Sequence record: OU343168.1
Length of the DNA: 64,000 nucleotides
Reading direction: 5' to 3' (one strand)
Part shown: positions 38,215 through 47,319 of the stretch, one piece after another
Layout: the number at the start of each line of letters is the position of its first letter
Position numbering within the stretch: position 1 is the stretch's first letter
Made by a program: the position numbers and the translations under genes
Notes under the pieces: model-generated
The model's input: the letters and a program-made list of their open reading frames with translations, nothing else
What the model was told of the DNA's origin: nothing
Databases searched by the model: none

Positions 38215-41200
38215 TCAATTCAAACGGACGGTTTTATCGGTTCCCTGATTCACCTGTTTGTCTTGCATCTCCGCCATCCGACCCAGTACCTTGTAGATCT
38301 CAGCCAGAATACTGTTCGTATCCGAACTGTTATCACCCAGTTTACCCAACGAGGCCTTAAGCTCAGCCACCAACGCAGAGTCATCGCTACGTGCGGTCGT
38401 GAGCGCCTCGGTACCCCGAGGGGACTGAGGAACAGGTTCAAATGGTGCAGACGGAACCGGTTGAGGTGCAGAGGGCGGTGGAGAACCCTCATTAGACCTC
38501 GGAGTCGAGATCGGAACATCCGTAGCCGGGTTACCAAAGGTGGGAGTAGGTGTAGGTGGAACGTTCCGTTGCATCGGTCCTACCACACCACCGCCCAGTC
38601 CGGTGGTATCCTGCCCGTTCGCGGACTGTCCGCCTCGTACAGCGTTAAGGAACTTGTTCGCTGCTTCAGGGGACTTAAAGGCCGCGTGGATATGCCCGCC
38701 CGTACCGAGTGCCGTTCGACTGCGGTATTCATTGATGACTTGGAATTCCTGAGGGCTTAATCCTGCCCGACGAAGAATATCCGTTACAATGGCAACCGCT
38801 TGGTCACTTCCTTGTGCGCCATTCACCAGGGTGAAGTCTAAGGCCAGGCCTTTAGGATGAGCGCCTTTAGACCCCTTATTGACGTGGTAGGCGTCATTCA
38901 GTGCAGAGAAGTACCGGAAACCCGGAACTGTCTGTTGAATGATTTTACCCAGTTCTTCCACAGCAGGGTGGTGTTCACCCCCCGCAATGGCTTCAGGGGA
39001 TTTCAGGCGCAATCCACTGCTACCCGGTGTATTGGTGTTAACGATCATCCCACCGTTATCACCTGACCCGTATTGTCCCCCTCCGCCTCCCATGGTTCCA
39101 TTCAGGGACGGCAGACTACCACCCACAACGCCCGGAGCCGGTCTACTGACTTGAGGACGCTGGGGTTCGCTGGGGGCTTCTTGACCGTACAGGTCGGACC
39201 CGGTTTGGCTCCCTAACCCACTCCCAGCCGTTTTATCAGCTGTGGTCAGTTCACCACTTTGTAGTTTCTTCAGGTAATTCAGATAGAGCGCATAGCGCTG
39301 AGGCATTTCAGGTAACGGATTACCCCCATTCAGCCCTGTGGCTGCTCTACCGAAGTCACCGGTTTGGCTAATACTCCTCAAGAGCTTAGAGTTCCTGAAG
39401 AAGTTCACCGCAATGGCTGCCATGACATTCGGATCGTTACTGGCCAGCTCTGGTCTGTTCTCCAGATCAATACCCAGCTCTTGCCCAACCCTCCGGTAAT
39501 TAGCCCGACCCGTCAGCTGAATAAACCCACGCCCTCGGTAACGGTACCCATCACCGGCTTCCCTGTTCCCTAAGGAGGCGCCTTTACCCCCACCGTACAC
39601 GGTATTGGCGATGGCCACTTCGCCGGCTTGTACGAGGGCTCTCGCCTGTTCCATGCTCTTCACTTCCCTGAAGAGTTGAACCAAGCGTTCCGGACTGCTG
39701 TACTTCATGTTCTCAGTGGTCCGGGAATAGCCTGAAGACTCGTAGTTGGTAAGGGCGAGCATTTCAGCGATTTCACGGGGATCCGTAAAGCCTTGTTTCA
39801 GCATCTCACGGATGATCAACTGCTCCGCCAACGGCTTAGGAACACTCACCCCTCGATCCGTTCCTTGGTTCGTACGCACACCGGTCATATCCAGATGACT
39901 GGTGTCCGAATCACCCGTAATAGGCGTGAAGCCAAAGGCATTCTCAGGGGTTCTGAACCGACCGTCGCTGCTGTACGTATTCCCAGCGTCTCCGCCAAAG
40001 GTACCGTACATCCCTCCTAGAGCAGAATCTCTCCGAGACCGGAACTGTTCCGGGGTAGAAACATTCGCCTGTTGGTCGGTGAACCCACCCCCTACCCGGT
40101 GAGGACTGATCTTCTCAGCCCAGGTTTGGGCGTTGGTCTTACCCGCTTCCAATTCAGGGTCTTTGAGTTTAGCCTCTACTGACGCTTCCCCCAAGAGGTT
40201 CAACATCCTGTCAACTTTATCCGACCGTCCGGGAGAGGTTTCCCAGGCGAAGGGTGCTGCTCTCACATTCCACACCGAGATGGTAAAGCCAAAGACGCCA
40301 TTGACTTGGGTTTGAGTCAGTTCCTTGGCGATCTCATACCGTGCGGTAGCGGAAAGGGTTCTCCAAACCACACCCGGTAGCCCCCGACGGTATTTCCTCA
40401 TCAGGGTCATGTAGTTGGTCAGCACCGGCAGGAACCGATCCCTGAACCACTTGCACCAGGCATCCACGTACCGATCATCCACCCGGAAGGCGTCCTTGAA
40501 CCGAGCGAAGAGTTCACCTATGTTGCCCTTGAACACCATGTCATCCCCTTTCGCCATAAACAGGGATTCACAATGACGTTCCAACTTGAGGACGGCTTCG
40601 ACTCGCCAGGGGACATCCTTATCGTTCCCGTAGGTAGCCACCCGGATAGCGGTAAGCATATCCAAGGCTTTACCATCTGGCATCAGGTCTTGGATATAGA
40701 TCTGGCCGACAACCGCATTGGCGGTATACGCTTTCCCTAACCGATCGATTTCACCTTTAACCTCCTTCAGGCGATCGGTGGCCTCCATCTTCTCCCCGAA
40801 GTCTTTCCACTGGGTACTCCGGTCTTCCAGCTTCCGTTCCAGTTGAACCCGTTCCTTCTGAAGGGACTCCAGACTTTGGCCTTTAACCGTAGAAACAGCA
40901 AAGGGATCAATGCTGGGATCTTTAGCCCCGACATACTTCTTAAGGGCATCCAAGAGGTTACCCACCCGGATGATCGTCATTTGTTGATCAAGGAGAGGAG
41001 TCTCTTTGTCAATCTTAGCTACGATCTGGTACGGGGAAGGCACCAACCCACTGAGGGCACTGTGGGCTTGTTTGGCCACTTTGTACACGATTAAGTCAGA
41101 CGAATCGTCATAGTCCTTCAACGATCGCAGTTTAACCGCATCCAAACAGGCCAGGTAGGTCAAGTAAACGGGTTTGAACCGTCCATTGAACCAGGTAAAG

Positions 41201-44200
41201 ACTTCACCAATTTCATTACGGTCTTGAGGATTGCCTACGAAGAGACGAAGGACTTCCTCAATAGGCGCTTGCTTAGACAGCGACGCGCGCCCATTCCCAA
41301 TCACCACATGGTCTTTTAGCAGGTTCTCAACGTTGAGGATTTTAGCCGCCAGGGGACCGTGAGGATCTGAGAGACCGTACTGAACCATCCGTAGTTCAAT
41401 TTGCTTCCCTTTACCTGAACCAAACAGGGAATCCCATCCCCATTTAGAAGTCCCCAACATCACCCCAAAGGGACTGTACATCGAAGACCCCAGGGCATCC
41501 GTAGTGGGACTCTTTCCTTTGACCTTTTCCAAAATCCATTTCGCAATGGTCTGTCCACCCAGTAAGCCCGCGGTGGCACCCACTTGTTGGTAAAGACTAT
41601 TACCGGCTTTACCCACTTTAAGGATTTGGTCGGTGGTACCGAGTTTCTTCGTTTCTTCGTCAGTAGCGACCTGGTACATTTCGTACGCAGACAATGCACC
41701 TGCGCCAATCAAACCGGCGCGTCCTGCACCCAGTTTACCCAAGTGTCCGAGTCCACCCAGACCATTCAATAACCCACCGAGTCCACCAGCGACGCCCTTA
41801 GCGATAATCGTCAACAGTTTAAGTCCCATACGACCGAACTTAAACAATGCACTGAACCCGCTCCAGAGGACCTCAGAACCCAGGAAGCTGGTCAGCCACT
41901 CGAAGCCTTTCTTAACACCCCCTACCAAACTGCTCAGGAGACCGAAGATACCGAACTTCTTCTTCTTACCGAGTTCTTTCTCATCCTTCATACCGAAACC
42001 GAAGTTTTCAGCAATCGAGATGATGGCGTTCTTAACGGTGTTGTCTTTCTCTTCCTGGAGTTTTTGCGCACGGTCGGCCAGGGAGTTAGCTCGGGTGGCA
42101 TCATTGGACGACGCTGACCGACGGAACCGATCGGTGTTGTCCCCTTCCCCCGCTTTTCCTTTAGCGGCTCTAAAGCTCTCCAGGGCGTCTTTAAGCGCTG
42201 GATTCTTTTCCATAAGGGCTTCGGTAAGGGTAAGATCGTTTCGATCTCCTAGGGACCCTGGAGGGCCTTCTGGGCCATCTTGGGAACCTGGTGCTGGGGG
42301 AGTGAAGGGATTGGGGCTACCATCCGGTGAGTTATACCCCCAATGTTTCAAGAGGAGGTAATAGATCCGATCCACGGAATTGACCACCGGAGAGTGATCC
42401 GTACTGAACGGATTCTTAACCCGACCCCCCATGCCTTTCGCATACCCGCCCGCACGGTCTTTCAGTTTACCGAAGAGATCCAACCCGAACTGTCCGGCTT
42501 GTTTAAGCCCTGCACCCAGCTTGTTGATACTGGTCCCCATGGAGGTTTTAAGTCCACGGTCGTATTCTTCAGCCGTGATCAGGGTATTCCCTTCCTTGTC
42601 ATACACAGGTCCATCGATCTCATCCCATCCCTGGAGTTCAACGAACCCGTCTCCACTCCGTTTGAAGTATTGACCTTTACCAAAGCGACTCCCCAGCAAA
42701 ACCGGTTCGTCTTCACCTTCAATGTAAATATCCATCCGGTACAGACGGGTACGAGCTTTATCCCAAAACCCTTTAATGCGGTTAACAGGATCCAGCCAGT
42801 TAAAGGCTTTCATAAAGAGATCCCGAACCTTATTCAGGCCTTTAAGGAATACTTCCTTGTTGTCTTCGGTAAAGAGTTTACCCGCTAAGCGGCTAGCGCC
42901 AATAACGGCTCCATTGGCCAGGTCTTTAATACTCCCAGTAATCTGATCCCACCCCTGAATGATCTTCCCGGTGAGCATATCCAGATACTCACCCTTAAAG
43001 AGTTTAAAGGATTCAAGGATCGGGGTATCAGACCCTTCTTCGTACAGGTCTTCCGTGTTCTCGGCTCGACGAGCAGCCGCTCTGGCACGCAACTTGTTAT
43101 ATGCCATCCCTAGCGCCAAGCCACCTCCTACCAATGCAGCACCTTTCGGGTTGTAGATCGCCATACCAGCCAATCCACCCAGTAACCCACCCAGTACCAA
43201 CGGTTGATTGTCCAGGAGTTTATCTATTCCCTTATTAAACAGATCCCCAAACGACGTACTCTTAATCCGTTCCAGAATACTCCGTTTCTGTTGTTGAATG
43301 ACCTCTTCAGCTTCAGGAGTGGTTTTCTCGTAGGGTTGACGTTCCAAGATCTTGGTGAGGATATCGTTCCGATTCCCCCCCAGTTCTACCAGTTTACCCA
43401 GCAGGCTGTTCCCTTGAGTCACCTGGTCGTTCAGGGTGGTGAACATCGAAGACGGATCCGTAAGACCCGAACGACTTACGCCTCCCTGTTCAATATGAGC
43501 CCCGAGTTTATCCAAAGTTTCCCGTACACCCTGAAGGGTTTCATTCAACTGAGCGTTCTCAGCCGCAATCACACCTCCGGCGTCTCGACGTCCTCTTCCT
43601 CGTCTGCCAAAGGAACGGGTCTTACGCACCGCTTCTTCCAGAGGGTTGTCATACACCATAGCACGGTCAGGGTTATCAATGAAGGACTGGAGGACGTTCC
43701 GGAAGGTGTCCATATTGACTTCATCGTGGCCATTTTCAGACTTGATGATGCCGGCTTCTTTCATGACGTTGTAATACCCAGACGAACGCAGCATATCGAC
43801 GCGCTCGGCAATGTCCGGCATAAACCGACCCAGGAGGTTGGATTGTTCCGTTAACTTGGCGGCGCGTTCTCGGGCTTGTTCTGTAGGAAGACGAGCAATG
43901 GCGCTCGCCCGGTCCAGGGTACTGCCCTCCTTAAAGGCCGTAAAGGCTTCCGGGGTAATATCAAAATTCCGTTGGAACAATTCCCGGATTTCATCCGCTA
44001 CCTGACGGTTTACCCCTTTGGTCTCCAAGTTCATGTACAGGTACGGACTGAACCCTTTCCGTTTATCCGCATTCTGAACCAGTTGCATCGCCAATACACG
44101 GCGGGCTTCGTTGGACAATTCCTTATTGGGGTCAATGGAATCCACCAATCGAAGGGACGTATCCGCTTGGGACTTGAATTGGTCTTTATCCATTACCCGG

Positions 44201-45846
44201 TTAAAGGTATCCGCTACCTTTTGGTTATGGCTGACCAACTTACCCCGTACGTAGTCATAACTCGACGCTTTAAGGGTATCATCCCCCGTACGGATCTTTT
44301 CAATCGACAAGTGAATGTGGCTGAGCAGTTCGGGGATCACTTCATTCAGGGTACGGGAGGACTGTTTGTTCCAGATCTCCGGTTCGTGGGCATCCATTAA
44401 CCCGCGACGTTTCAGGCTGTAACGACTCCCGGTGGGTTGGTACAACTCATCCAACAACCCCGCCATGCCTTTATTCGCCCCTTTCTTCAGGGTATTAATA
44501 ACCGTCCATTCCACTTTACCCAAGGGCTTTTGACCTGAACGGAGCGTACTGAGGTATTGTTCGTAGTCCCCGTCCTCGTCAAACGAGGATCCCCAGTTGT
44601 GGTATTCCGAAAGGGTATTGACCATTCCTTCCGCATTACTGAGGTTATACGACGCTATGTTACCCAAATCCGTGAGTTGCGCGTACGCGTTATCCGCCCA
44701 TTTCCCCAGTTCCGGGAATTGTTTCTTGAACTTAGCAACGTATTCCTTTCCCTTACGGGAATTGATCATCCGGGGGAGGTTGCTAATGAACATTTGGGCC
44801 GCAACGTTACCCACCATGGTCCCTACGTTGAGCGGCATGCCTTCCGACATCTCCGCCGCCATGCGCATGGCGCCAATCAGGTCACCTGCACCTCGGATTC
44901 CGTCCCCTCGCGCATCCTTACCGAACCGCTCGTTAATAAACTCACGTATTCCTCCAAAGGAGCCTTTAACCGTATTGAAGACCGATTCCCGAATGCTATT
45001 ACGCATCGCTTGACTGTGGGTGGTCTTTTCGTAATCACTCTTAGCGGAGTTCAGGGCAATGGTCTTCAGTTCAGCAATCATCCGGTGATTACTGGCTTCC
45101 ATGAACTTGTAGAACTTCGCGCTGGTCAAATAGGAACGGGCCAACAGGTTCACCTTGAGGGTATCATTCCTCAATTGAACTTTACGTTGGTAATTCACCA
45201 TTTGTTCCAGCAGTTGGTTACTCCGCCCAATACTCAGGTTCAGGGTATTCAACCCCCCAATGGTGCGGCCACCTACTTCGGTCATCATGGCGGTAATACT
45301 TTCACCCACCCCAATGACCGTTTCCCGCTCTAACAGGGAGTTAGCATCTTCACTCCCCAGTAGGTCTTTCACATCATTTTCGCCCACATTTTCCATGGAC
45401 GGGGTGTCACTCGCCGACGACGTATATGGCTTCCAACTGCTGAAGTCATTTTGACTGAACCGAGTCAGCCCACTGGCTACACCCCCGGTGATCTTATTAG
45501 GAGCTATTTTACCTAACTTATCACCACCCCGTTTAGCCAAGTATTGGAGGTCCACGACTGCGTCGTAGCTTTCACGTTTAAGTTCGTCTACGATCTCCCT
45601 CCGACGACGGTTAATGTCCGACGCCGTAGTAAAGGCAGTCCCCCAGGTCTTAGGGAGGACCATCTTCAGGGTGTTCAACCGAGCATCGGTGTCCCCTACT
45701 GTCTGATTCACTACACCTGACAAAAACCCGGTTGCTACCGAACGAATGAACCCCGGTTTCTTCCCATCGAAATCGGTATCGAAATCAATATCCCCGGTAA
45801 AGGGATCCTCTCCCCAATCGAAATCATCGAATGTATTATCCGCCAT
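38215..45846 (-). CDS. Giant tail-associated lytic (tape-measure/tail-tip) protein, phiKZ gp181/EL183-like, with GH19 and M15-like domains
   Basis: 2543 aa; TM-like Gly-rich segments; GH19 motifs NYESSG..TTE and DGYRYRGRGFIQLTGRANY; M15-like SKGAHPKGLALDF...GHIH. Confidence 0.88.
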   Translation of the reverse strand: MADNTFDDFDWGEDPFTGDIDFDTDFDGKKPGFIRSVATGFLSGVVNQTVGDTDARLNTLKMVLPKTWGTAFTTASDINRRRREIVDELKRESYDAVVDLQYLAKRGGDKLGKIAPNKITGGVASGLTRFSQNDFSSWKPYTSSASDTPSMENVGENDVKDLLGSEDANSLLERETVIGVGESITAMMTEVGGRTIGGLNTLNLSIGRSNQLLEQMVNYQRKVQLRNDTLKVNLLARSYLTSAKFYKFMEASNHRMIAELKTIALNSAKSDYEKTTHSQAMRNSIRESVFNTVKGSFGGIREFINERFGKDARGDGIRGAGDLIGAMRMAAEMSEGMPLNVGTMVGNVAAQMFISNLPRMINSRKGKEYVAKFKKQFPELGKWADNAYAQLTDLGNIASYNLSNAEGMVNTLSEYHNWGSSFDEDGDYEQYLSTLRSGQKPLGKVEWTVINTLKKGANKGMAGLLDELYQPTGSRYSLKRRGLMDAHEPEIWNKQSSRTLNEVIPELLSHIHLSIEKIRTGDDTLKASSYDYVRGKLVSHNQKVADTFNRVMDKDQFKSQADTSLRLVDSIDPNKELSNEARRVLAMQLVQNADKRKGFSPYLYMNLETKGVNRQVADEIRELFQRNFDITPEAFTAFKEGSTLDRASAIARLPTEQARERAAKLTEQSNLLGRFMPDIAERVDMLRSSGYYNVMKEAGIIKSENGHDEVNMDTFRNVLQSFIDNPDRAMVYDNPLEEAVRKTRSFGRRGRGRRDAGGVIAAENAQLNETLQGVRETLDKLGAHIEQGGVSRSGLTDPSSMFTTLNDQVTQGNSLLGKLVELGGNRNDILTKILERQPYEKTTPEAEEVIQQQKRSILERIKSTSFGDLFNKGIDKLLDNQPLVLGGLLGGLAGMAIYNPKGAALVGGGLALGMAYNKLRARAAARRAENTEDLYEEGSDTPILESFKLFKGEYLDMLTGKIIQGWDQITGSIKDLANGAVIGASRLAGKLFTEDNKEVFLKGLNKVRDLFMKAFNWLDPVNRIKGFWDKARTRLYRMDIYIEGEDEPVLLGSRFGKGQYFKRSGDGFVELQGWDEIDGPVYDKEGNTLITAEEYDRGLKTSMGTSINKLGAGLKQAGQFGLDLFGKLKDRAGGYAKGMGGRVKNPFSTDHSPVVNSVDRIYYLLLKHWGYNSPDGSPNPFTPPAPGSQDGPEGPPGSLGDRNDLTLTEALMEKNPALKDALESFRAAKGKAGEGDNTDRFRRSASSNDATRANSLADRAQKLQEEKDNTVKNAIISIAENFGFGMKDEKELGKKKKFGIFGLLSSLVGGVKKGFEWLTSFLGSEVLWSGFSALFKFGRMGLKLLTIIAKGVAGGLGGLLNGLGGLGHLGKLGAGRAGLIGAGALSAYEMYQVATDEETKKLGTTDQILKVGKAGNSLYQQVGATAGLLGGQTIAKWILEKVKGKSPTTDALGSSMYSPFGVMLGTSKWGWDSLFGSGKGKQIELRMVQYGLSDPHGPLAAKILNVENLLKDHVVIGNGRASLSKQAPIEEVLRLFVGNPQDRNEIGEVFTWFNGRFKPVYLTYLACLDAVKLRSLKDYDDSSDLIVYKVAKQAHSALSGLVPSPYQIVAKIDKETPLLDQQMTIIRVGNLLDALKKYVGAKDPSIDPFAVSTVKGQSLESLQKERVQLERKLEDRSTQWKDFGEKMEATDRLKEVKGEIDRLGKAYTANAVVGQIYIQDLMPDGKALDMLTAIRVATYGNDKDVPWRVEAVLKLERHCESLFMAKGDDMVFKGNIGELFARFKDAFRVDDRYVDAWCKWFRDRFLPVLTNYMTLMRKYRRGLPGVVWRTLSATARYEIAKELTQTQVNGVFGFTISVWNVRAAPFAWETSPGRSDKVDRMLNLLGEASVEAKLKDPELEAGKTNAQTWAEKISPHRVGGGFTDQQANVSTPEQFRSRRDSALGGMYGTFGGDAGNTYSSDGRFRTPENAFGFTPITGDSDTSHLDMTGVRTNQGTDRGVSVPKPLAEQLIIREMLKQGFTDPREIAEMLALTNYESSGYSRTTENMKYSSPERLVQLFREVKSMEQARALVQAGEVAIANTVYGGGKGASLGNREAGDGYRYRGRGFIQLTGRANYRRVGQELGIDLENRPELASNDPNVMAAIAVNFFRNSKLLRSISQTGDFGRAATGLNGGNPLPEMPQRYALYLNYLKKLQSGELTTADKTAGSGLGSQTGSDLYGQEAPSEPQRPQVSRPAPGVVGGSLPSLNGTMGGGGGQYGSGDNGGMIVNTNTPGSSGLRLKSPEAIAGGEHHPAVEELGKIIQQTVPGFRYFSALNDAYHVNKGSKGAHPKGLALDFTLVNGAQGSDQAVAIVTDILRRAGLSPQEFQVINEYRSRTALGTGGHIHAAFKSPEAANKFLNAVRGGQSANGQDTTGLGGGVVGPMQRNVPPTPTPTFGNPATDVPISTPRSNEGSPPPSAPQPVPSAPFEPVPQSPRGTEALTTARSDDSALVAELKASLGKLGDNSSDTNSILAEIYKVLGRMAEMQDKQVNQGTDKTVRLN

Positions 45847-45876
45847 TGTTAATGCACTCCCGCATAAGGAAACCGT

Positions 45877-47319
45877 ATGAAACCGACTAACATTACCCTC
45901 TTAGACCCCCGGACGATTGTTCCGGGTGTCTTTAAACCTATTACGTCCACGGACTCGTTTGAAGGGATGACTCAGAACCTCAATGATGATGGTCTCTTCT
46001 CCCTTGACATCTTCGGTAAACTGGGTAGTAAACAACGTGATAACACGGAAGCGTATATCGACGTTAAACTTCCCATCTTCAATCCCACTTACCTAAAAGC
46101 CCTTATACAGATCAAAAGTCTGTATCATTCAATTTTGAAAGGATCGGAATACGCGGTATGGGATCCCGAACTGAAGGATTTCATAAAATCGAACATCCTG
46201 GAAGGGGAAAAGGGTTTCGCCTTCTTCCTGAAACATTTTGATGAAACCGTCTTCTCCCTGACCCCCTCTCATAAACGCAAACAACGGGTGGAACTGGCGA
46301 ACCAATTCCGTAACACGGCGTTAACGGATAAGGTCCTGGTCATCCCCGCGGGTCTCAGGGATATCCAATTCAATCCAGATGGTTCCCACACCGAACCTGA
46401 AATCACTGAATTCTACCGCGCCTTAATGTTCCGGGTGAGGGTGATCCTCGGGAATAAGGAAGATGCCCTGAACCCCCTTTACGATACCGTTAGGTGGGGG
46501 GTACAGAATGCTTTCTTGGAATTGGATAATTACCTCTTTGGTTTACTCCAAGGGAAAGGGGGTGTTCTCCAGCGCCGTATGTCCACCCGGGGGGTTCACA
46601 ACAGCACCCGGAACGTCATTACCGCCCGTAAAGTCTCCAGGACACGTTTAGACTTCGACGACGGTGTAGGTCCTAACTCTGCGGACATGGGACTCTACCA
46701 AGCCCTACTGAACTTCCCTTATGTCTGCATCAATGCGTTAACCAACGGCTACCTTTCCAACATCTTCACCCCCAGCTCTCAAACCGCTAAGCTGGTGAAT
46801 ACCAAGACCCTGGAATACGAATACGCTGAAGTCTCCCCTGAGGTGGTAGAGAAATGGACCACCGCCACCGGGTTAATGAAACTCTTCAACGGGTTTGCCG
46901 ATCCCTCCTTACGGAGTAAACCCATTGTCATTGAGTGGAAATACTTAGCCCTCATTTATGATGATGGGACTGATGTGTGTGTTCTCCATGACATCAACGA
47001 TCTCCCTCAAGGGAAAGACCGTAAATGGGTGAAACCTATCACCTACATGGAACTCTTCTACTTGAGTTGCCACAGTGTCATCGAAGAACAGATTACGGGA
47101 CAAACCCGGTATCCCATTACGGGGATTGGCTCTATCTTCCCGGCTAAGGTGAACCTACGTACCACCACCAATGCGAGTCAGAGGGTGATCCGTAATCCGA
47201 TTGATTGGAGTGTACGGGAAACCTGTAAACGGTTCCCTAAACGCGAAGCGCATCCCGATTACTTCGATGCCATGTCCGTAGACCCCTCTAGAGAAGCTTT
47301 GCTCGACAGTGACCATGAT
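45877..47319 (+). CDS. rpoC: Virion RNA polymerase beta' subunit fragment (phiKZ gp180-like), exon 1
   Basis: DGLFSLDIFG, VLVIPAGLRD, LQGKGG..R...RGV motifs; ends ...LLDSDHD at the 5' splice site. Confidence 0.9.
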
